Shown here piece after piece: positions 57,872 through 64,000 of a DNA stretch of 64,000 nucleotides. Within the stretch, counting starts at the first letter, position 1. Every line of letters starts with the position of its first letter. The translations under genes were made by a program, and so were the position numbers. Where the stretch lies: assembly GCA_963722075.1 (NCBI GenBank), contig CAVRJM010000001.1:352001-416000 (forward strand), read 5' to 3'. Origin of the DNA: Candidatus Babeliales bacterium (GTDB taxonomy: Bacteria; Babelota; Babeliae; Babelales; JANWKD01). The notes under the pieces were generated by a model. That model was not told where the DNA came from. It made no database searches and was given only the letters and a program-made list of their open reading frames with translations.

Positions 57872-59827
57872 ATGATTACTGAGATTCGTAAACAGTTAAA
57901 AGGAACTGGATTTAAAATTGTTTTGTGGATAACACTAGCATCAATGATTGTAGTGTTTATACCAAATTTATTTAAACGAGGCGGAGAAGGATACCATGCC
58001 ACCTTGGCAACTATTAATGGAAGGATTATAGAATTTATCGATTTTGAACGCCGCGCACTTCAAGAAACAGAACGCTTAAATCTTTTCCGCCAACAATTTG
58101 GTGAACAAGCAGATATCATCTTTAAAAGCTTGGGCATCGCTGACCCCAAAACAATGGCTATTAATGGCCTTATTCAAGATACGCTACTCGATGAAGTTGC
58201 TGATACGCTCAATATACGCGTTTCTCCTGAATTTATTCAAAGAAAAATTAATGATCCTTCATATGTTGCTACCGACCTTGCCGAAGTAGTACCTTTTTAT
58301 GTTATCGATCAGCAGGGTATTAATATGACCTTACTCAATAGATATCTAAGCTATAATAGGCTTTCTATGCAACAATTTGAACAACATATTGAAGATCAGA
58401 TAAAACGTAATATAGTTCTTGCAATTGCCGATAATAGTGCCTACGTTTCTTCTAAAGAAGTAAAAAACTATTTTGCGCAAAACTTTTTAGGCCGAGAATA
58501 TACCATTGTTACCTTTCCTTTTGATGTATATTTAAAAAAAGTACAAAAAGAACCATTGCCAGAGCAAGAACTAGCAACCTATTTTGACAAACAACAAAAA
58601 AACTATTTCACCCCTGAAATAAGAAACATACAGCAATGGAAATTCTCACCGCAATCATATGGTATTACGGTAACTGATCAAGATATAAGTAATTATTATA
58701 ATGCTCATAAAAATAGATATGTTGAATCGCCATTACAAGTACAAGTTCGTAGAATATTAATTAAAGTTAATGAGATTGATGAAAAAACTGCTGCCGCTGC
58801 ACAAGAAAAAGCATTAAGCATTAAAAAACAATTACAGCAGCATCCGGCAGATTTTGAGAAAATTGCGCGAGAATCATCTGATGATAAAGCATCTGCACCA
58901 AAAGGCGGTCTTCTTGATTTCTTTAAAAAGGGCCAAAAAGATGACTCTTTTGAAAAAGCAGCATTTAGACTTCAAAATGATAATGATATCTCTGATGTAT
59001 TTTCGACCAATGAGGGATTTGAAATTATCCAACGTGTAGCACGCAAGCCAACTACCTACAAGCCATTAGAACAAGTAAGCGCAGAGATTAAGGCTGCGGT
59101 AAAAGATCAAAAATTTAAAACGCAATTTACTGAAGACGTTACTAAGCTTTTGAATAAGCCAAAGGACCAACTAGAGAAATTGATGAAAGAATTTGTAGCC
59201 AATAAACATGCTTCTAGCGAAAAATTATCGCTCAAAGCCGATGGATCGCCGCTGGCTGAACGAGTATTTAAGCTAAAAGAAGGTGAATGGGCATATCTTA
59301 TCTCTGGTAATGATGGCTTAGTGATTATGATCACTGCAATCGAAAAACGCCATAAACCTGAATTTGCTGTTGTAAAAAAGCAAGTAGAGGCAGATCTCTA
59401 TAAAGAGAAAGCAATGGCTCTCATTAAAAAGGATCTGGAAGAAGCTAAAAATCAACCGGTTGATAGTATTAAAAGTAAATACCCGGGTGTTACGATACAA
59501 AAAACCGACCTTCTTAAAAAAGATGACAATGAGAAATTAAATGATTTGGCGACCAAAGGGGTGCCCGTATCGGTTTTTGATTCAATAACTAATGAAGGGC
59601 ATAGTACAACCATAATGCATGAAAATAATGGGTATTTCATAAGTGTCGGACAGGTTGAACCTTTCAAGCAAGAATCTTTTGATGCTCATAAAGATAAGAT
59701 CAAAGCACTCTTATATGATGAGCAAAAGAAGATCGTGCAAAAAGGCTTTATTGCTTCTTTATATAGAAATGCTACAATAAATCTTACAAAATCATTGTTA
59801 AATATCCAAGACGAAAATAGCTTATGA
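57872..59827 (+). CDS. ppiD: PpiD-like membrane-anchored peptidyl-prolyl isomerase/chaperone
   Basis: N-terminal TM, SurA-N region, parvulin VRRILI...[19 protein letters not shown]. Confidence 0.85.
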   Translation: MITEIRKQLKGTGFKIVLWITLASMIVVFIPNLFKRGGEGYHATLATINGRIIEFIDFERRALQETERLNLFRQQFGEQADIIFKSLGIADPKTMAINGLIQDTLLDEVADTLNIRVSPEFIQRKINDPSYVATDLAEVVPFYVIDQQGINMTLLNRYLSYNRLSMQQFEQHIEDQIKRNIVLAIADNSAYVSSKEVKNYFAQNFLGREYTIVTFPFDVYLKKVQKEPLPEQELATYFDKQQKNYFTPEIRNIQQWKFSPQSYGITVTDQDISNYYNAHKNRYVESPLQVQVRRILIKVNEIDEKTAAAAQEKALSIKKQLQQHPADFEKIARESSDDKASAPKGGLLDFFKKGQKDDSFEKAAFRLQNDNDISDVFSTNEGFEIIQRVARKPTTYKPLEQVSAEIKAAVKDQKFKTQFTEDVTKLLNKPKDQLEKLMKEFVANKHASSEKLSLKADGSPLAERVFKLKEGEWAYLISGNDGLVIMITAIEKRHKPEFAVVKKQVEADLYKEKAMALIKKDLEEAKNQPVDSIKSKYPGVTIQKTDLLKKDDNEKLNDLATKGVPVSVFDSITNEGHSTTIMHENNGYFISVGQVEPFKQESFDAHKDKIKALLYDEQKKIVQKGFIASLYRNATINLTKSLLNIQDENSL

Positions 59828-60909
59828 GTACCAAAGCAGAAAAAAAAGTTGAACAACATACTCAATTAGAATCAAAAAAGAAAGCCTTAGAAGTTACTTT
59901 TTCCCAGATCGATAAAGAATACGGGAAAGGCTCGGTAATGTTACTGGGGCAAAACACCCATATTAAGATTGATACCATTTCAACCGGCTCAATACTGCTT
60001 GATAATGCTATCGGCATTGGTGGGTTCCCCTTAGGAAGAATAATTGAAATTTACGGCCCTGAAGCCTCAGGCAAGACAACGCTTGCGTTACATTCTATTG
60101 CACAAGCGCAAAAAAGAGGCGGTATCTGCGCGTTTATCGATGCAGAGCACGCTTTAGATGCTACGTACGCATCGAACTTAGGAATCAATATTAATGAGCT
60201 GATTATATCGCAACCTGATTATGGTGAACAAGCGCTTGATATCGCAGAAATGCTTATTAGATCTGGCGCGGTTGATATTGTCGTTATCGACTCAGTAGCA
60301 GCGCTCGTTCCTAAAGCAGAAGTAGAAGGTGATATGGGAGATGTTCATATGGGTCTTCAAGCACGTTTGATGTCACAAGCATTACGTAAGCTTACTCCTA
60401 TCGTGCATAAATCAAAAACTGGTTTAATTTTCATAAACCAAACGCGTAGTAATCTTAATAGCATGCCTTTTGCAAGCAAGGAAACGACGACGGGTGGTAA
60501 TGCGCTTAAATTTTATGCGTCCTTGCGTATGGAAGTACGTCGTATAGCAAGCCTTAAAAAGAATGATAAACATTTTGGTAATAGAATTGCGGTAAAAATA
60601 GTAAAAAATAAGATGGCTCCTCCTTTCAAGAGGGTTGAGCTTGATCTGCTGTTTAGTCAAGGAATCAGTAAAGAACTTGATCTTTTAGACGCAGCATTAG
60701 CATACGAGGTAATTACCCAAGCAGGCTCATGGTTCTCTTATAAAGGTGAAAAGTTTGCTCAAGGAAGAGAGCAGGCACTTACCTATTTGAAGGATCATGA
60801 AGAGTGGACGGATGCAGTAGCTCAAGAAGTAGTGCGCACCTCTACTACTGCCGATCCTCATATGCTCAATAATAATAGTGAAGATGTTGTCAGTTTACAT
60901 GAAGTATAG
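59824..60909 (+). CDS. recA: Recombinase RecA
   Basis: [47 protein letters not shown]. Confidence 0.99.
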   Translation: MSTKAEKKVEQHTQLESKKKALEVTFSQIDKEYGKGSVMLLGQNTHIKIDTISTGSILLDNAIGIGGFPLGRIIEIYGPEASGKTTLALHSIAQAQKRGGICAFIDAEHALDATYASNLGININELIISQPDYGEQALDIAEMLIRSGAVDIVVIDSVAALVPKAEVEGDMGDVHMGLQARLMSQALRKLTPIVHKSKTGLIFINQTRSNLNSMPFASKETTTGGNALKFYASLRMEVRRIASLKKNDKHFGNRIAVKIVKNKMAPPFKRVELDLLFSQGISKELDLLDAALAYEVITQAGSWFSYKGEKFAQGREQALTYLKDHEEWTDAVAQEVVRTSTTADPHMLNNNSEDVVSLHEV

Positions 60910-60921
60910 TAAGGAATGATC

Positions 60922-61488
60922 ATTAACTTGAAAAATCTCAAACCAGAAAAAGTGGTTCAACCGATTAATGAAAACATCCGTTTTCCACGGGTTCAATTAA
61001 TTACTCACGACGGCCAAAATATTGGCGTTGTTTCTCGCGATGAGGCATTAAGAACGGCTCAATTGGCTGGGTTAGACCTTGTTTTAATAGCAGAAAAAGG
61101 CAGCGAGGGGTACCCCGTTACTAAAATCATGGATTTTGGTAAACTATTATATGCTAAGAAGAAAAAGCAATCAGAAGCTAAAAAACATCAAAAGACTATT
61201 CAGATTAAAGAAATAAAGCTTCGTCCTAAGATTGGTGAGCATGATTTCTTAACTAAAATGAATCAATGCCTTCAATTTTTAAAAGATGGCAAACATGTAA
61301 AGATCACGGTTGCTTTTAGAGGACGTGAAATGTTATCAAAAGAAGAACGTGGATCTCAGATATTTGATAAAATTAATAGCTTTTTAGAAGAAAATGATTT
61401 GAAATCAGGTGTTAACCTGGTACAGGAAAAAGATCTTAAACTTGGTCAACTGTGGTCAAGAAATTATTATATGAAATCAGGAAAATAG
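60922..61488 (+). CDS. infC: Translation initiation factor IF-3 (probable ATT start)
   Basis: INENIR, LDLV, KIMDFGK, KEIKLRPKI.EHD, FRGRE; ATT at 60922 is 6 nt from AAGGA whereas ATG 60916 abuts it. Confidence 0.93.
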   Translation: MNLKNLKPEKVVQPINENIRFPRVQLITHDGQNIGVVSRDEALRTAQLAGLDLVLIAEKGSEGYPVTKIMDFGKLLYAKKKKQSEAKKHQKTIQIKEIKLRPKIGEHDFLTKMNQCLQFLKDGKHVKITVAFRGREMLSKEERGSQIFDKINSFLEENDLKSGVNLVQEKDLKLGQLWSRNYYMKSGK

Positions 61489-61495
61489 GGATTAT

Positions 61496-61690
61496 ATGCC
61501 AAAAATGAAAACCCATTCAGGCGCACGTAAGCGTTTGAAAAAACTAAAAAGCGGTCGCGTTAAATTAACCCGTGCTGGACGTCGCCACTTATTAACAAAA
61601 AAATCAGCACGGAGAAAAAGAAGCTTGCGCCATCCAGCATATGTTAATAGCGCTAATCAAAGTGCCGTTAATAGAATGTTACCTTATTGA
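61496..61690 (+). CDS. rpmI: 50S ribosomal protein L35
   Basis: MPKMKTHSGARKR...RHLLTKKS. Confidence 0.96.
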   Translation: MPKMKTHSGARKRLKKLKSGRVKLTRAGRRHLLTKKSARRKRSLRHPAYVNSANQSAVNRMLPY

Positions 61691-61789
61691 TGGTAAAAGC
61701 AACGATGACAATTGAAGGTATGCATATTGCTTAAATAAAGCAATATGCTTTATTTATTTAATATAGTTAATTATAGCAAGGATTTTATT

Positions 61790-62137
61790 ATGACACGTGT
61801 AAAACGCGGTACAGTAACCAAAAAGAGACATAAAAGAATATTAAAGCTGGCAAAAGGATATTGGGGTCAGCGTAAGAACATTATTAAGCGAGCAAAAGAA
61901 ACCCTACTACGTGCGATGGCATTTGCTTATAAAGGCCGCAAACTGAAAAAACGTGATATGCGCGCGCTCTTTATTACCCGTATTGGTGCAGCGTGTAAAC
62001 AACGCGGAACTTCTTACAATAAGTTTATGCATGGTTTAAAAGAAGCAGAAGTTCATCTGAATCGTAAAATGTTAAGCCAGCTGGCTATTTTTGAGCCAGA
62101 AGCGTTCACTAAGCTCGTACATTTGAGCCAAAAATAA
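61790..62137 (+). CDS. rplT: 50S ribosomal protein L20
   Basis: MTRVKRG...LAKGYWG...RKLKKRDMR..LNRKMLS; start at 61790. Confidence 0.97.
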   Translation: MTRVKRGTVTKKRHKRILKLAKGYWGQRKNIIKRAKETLLRAMAFAYKGRKLKKRDMRALFITRIGAACKQRGTSYNKFMHGLKEAEVHLNRKMLSQLAIFEPEAFTKLVHLSQK

Positions 62138-62205
62138 TTATTGACTTTAGTTAATGTAACTCCATAAGCTTAATTTTAAGAAAATAGTTCAAAAAAGGAG
62201 AGCGC

Positions 62206-62472
62206 ATGGAAACATTACAAATTCTTGAACAAAAAACAATCCAGTTAGTTACTCTGGTTAAAGAGCTTCAAGAAGAAATCAAAATATTAAAGGCTGAAAA
62301 CGCATTATTAGAGCAACATAAAAGTAAGCTTACCGAAGAATTAGAAGAAATTAAAACAACACACATTAGTGATCAAACACATATAGAAGAAGAAAAAGCA
62401 CTTGCGCGATTAGCAATTGATGAAATTATAAAAAATATTGATTCTTTAGTTAATAACACAAGTTCACTATGA
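62206..62472 (+). CDS. ZapB-like coiled-coil protein
   Basis: Short pure coiled coil immediately upstream of zapA. Confidence 0.65.
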   Translation: METLQILEQKTIQLVTLVKELQEEIKILKAENALLEQHKSKLTEELEEIKTTHISDQTHIEEEKALARLAIDEIIKNIDSLVNNTSSL

Positions 62473-62744
62473 AACATGAAGTAAAAAAGTATACGGTTTC
62501 TATATTTGGCGATACGTATACATTACTGAGCGATGAATCAGAAGTGAATGTGCTAAAAGCGGCATTGCAGGTTGATGAACTCATTAAAGAAGTTGTACAA
62601 AAAATGCCAAGCCTGAGCAATTATAATGTGGCTATTTTAGTTGGTTTAAAATTGGCACTTAAGCACCTTGTTTTAGAAACAGAGTACAATAATAATAACT
62701 TTGTTATTAAAAAAATTATCGACCAAATTGAAGATAAAATATAA
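62469..62744 (+). CDS. zapA: Cell division protein ZapA
   Basis: VSIFGDTYTL...A..VD...VAILVGL.LA; context before rny. Confidence 0.85.
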   Translation: MKHEVKKYTVSIFGDTYTLLSDESEVNVLKAALQVDELIKEVVQKMPSLSNYNVAILVGLKLALKHLVLETEYNNNNFVIKKIIDQIEDKI

Positions 62745-62896
62745 GCCGTCTCATCATTAATTAATGATATTTCAATTCTATTCTTTTTCTTGGATATAAT
62801 ATCCCTTCTAGCTTCATAAAAAAGCTCAATTTTATGAGTAATCTATGATACGATAACTCAGATATATATAATACTAAGAAAAATAATAGGATATTC

Positions 62897-64000
62897 ATGG
62901 TAGGATTAATAACAATCATTTTTTTTGCCGTTGCGCTAAGCCTTATACTTATCGGCTGCTGTTTGATGCTGTATGCCAAGAAAAAATTAGATAAAGCAGG
63001 ACGTTCATTTGATGAATCTCAAGAAAAAATGCGCAATGTAAAACGTGATATTGAAAATGAAAAGAAAGAAGCATCATTAAGACTCAAAGATGAGTTGCAT
63101 AAGCGACGTACTGAATTTGAAATAGACGTCAAAAAAGAACGCTTAGAATTAGAGCGTATACAAACAAAGGTAAATAGCAAATACGAGATTATCGAGAAAA
63201 AAGAACAGCGGTTGGAAGATCTCAGTCAGGAATTGCAACAAAAGGAACGTAATTTGCTCCGTACCAGTGACCGTCTTCGGGTAAATGAAAATAAAATTAA
63301 ATCGCTCTATACTGATTTAGTTTCTAAATTAGAAAGCGTAAGCAATATGACGTGCGATGATGCGCGGCGCGTTTTATTTGACACCTTACAATCAGAAGTA
63401 CGCTTAACAAGTGAAAAATGGATGCAAAAAATAGAAGAAGAAACACGAACAACCGCTAAAGAGCGCGCTATACAATTAGTGGTAAGCGCAATGCAACGCT
63501 ATACGGCTGATCAAATTGCGCCTCATTCATCTGGGGTAGTCCAATTACCCAATGAAGAAATGAAGGGTAGAATTATAGGAAAAGAGGGAAGAAATATTAA
63601 AGCACTCGAAATGGCGACCGGGATGGAGTTTATTATTGGTGAAGCTCCTGAAATTATAACCATTTCTGGATTTAATCCCATTCGACGTGAAATCGCAAAA
63701 CGAGCATTAGAAAAATTAATAGCTGATGGCCGTATTAATCCTACGCGTATTGAAGAAACAGTAGCGCAATGTGAAAAAGACATTGATGAAATTATTGAAG
63801 AATATGGTAAATCGATTGTATTAGAATTTAATCTCCAAGGAATACATCCAGAAATTATTACGCTTCTTGGTAAATTACATTTCAGAACAAGTTTCTCACA
63901 AAATGTACTAGAGCATTGTCGTGAAGTTGCTATCTTTTCTCGTATGATTGCTCAAGAACTTGGTCTTGATGGCACCATGGCATTACGATGTGGGCTGTTA
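62897..64000 (+). CDS. rny: Ribonuclease Y (3'-truncated by window edge; missing from ORF track)
   Basis: TM, coiled coil, KH motif LPNEEMKGRIIGKEGRNIKALE, HD-domain start RTSFSQNVLEH. Confidence 0.96.
   Translation, partial: MVGLITIIFFAVALSLILIGCCLMLYAKKKLDKAGRSFDESQEKMRNVKRDIENEKKEASLRLKDELHKRRTEFEIDVKKERLELERIQTKVNSKYEIIEKKEQRLEDLSQELQQKERNLLRTSDRLRVNENKIKSLYTDLVSKLESVSNMTCDDARRVLFDTLQSEVRLTSEKWMQKIEEETRTTAKERAIQLVVSAMQRYTADQIAPHSSGVVQLPNEEMKGRIIGKEGRNIKALEMATGMEFIIGEAPEIITISGFNPIRREIAKRALEKLIADGRINPTRIEETVAQCEKDIDEIIEEYGKSIVLEFNLQGIHPEIITLLGKLHFRTSFSQNVLEHCREVAIFSRMIAQELGLDGTMALRCGLL

Noticed and set aside
62745..62896. Expected 6S RNA between zapA and rny
   Set aside because: The spacer is only about 150 nt, very AT-rich and shows no long irregular hairpin; ORF 62761..62979 is also an antisense shadow.

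Overview
AT-rich bacterial chromosome segment. Housekeeping blocks (rpmF-plsX-gltX-fabD-acpP; uppP-ftsK-murF-rsmH-spoVG-tRNA-Gln; hspR-htpX; ychF; dnaK; carD-miaA-ppiD-recA-infC-rpmI-rplT-zapA-rny) alternate with many signal-peptide-bearing, eukaryote-like or orphan genes (ankyrin, F-box/SOCS-like, PPP-type phosphatases, EEP nucleases, HEXXH peptidases). This style suggests an intracellular parasite of protists such as Ca. Dependentiae/Babeliae (TM6); that is an inference. The most unusual signal is non-coding: about ten copies of a GC-rich imperfect hairpin with covarying stems. They occur as inverted doublets, nest inside a second palindromic repeat family that in turn sits in a third MITE-like element, and one doublet lies between tRNA-Gln and a stand-alone GIY-YIG nuclease, like a REP/RAYT system with a different nuclease. 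Other highlights: about 12 unrelated exported proteins whose predicted mature N-terminus is Met, a FabD lacking its catalytic residues, Cys-rich envelope candidates, a HAIR-like operator at dnaK and a ParB-like pseudogene. No CRISPR array, rRNA or recognisable transposase was seen.
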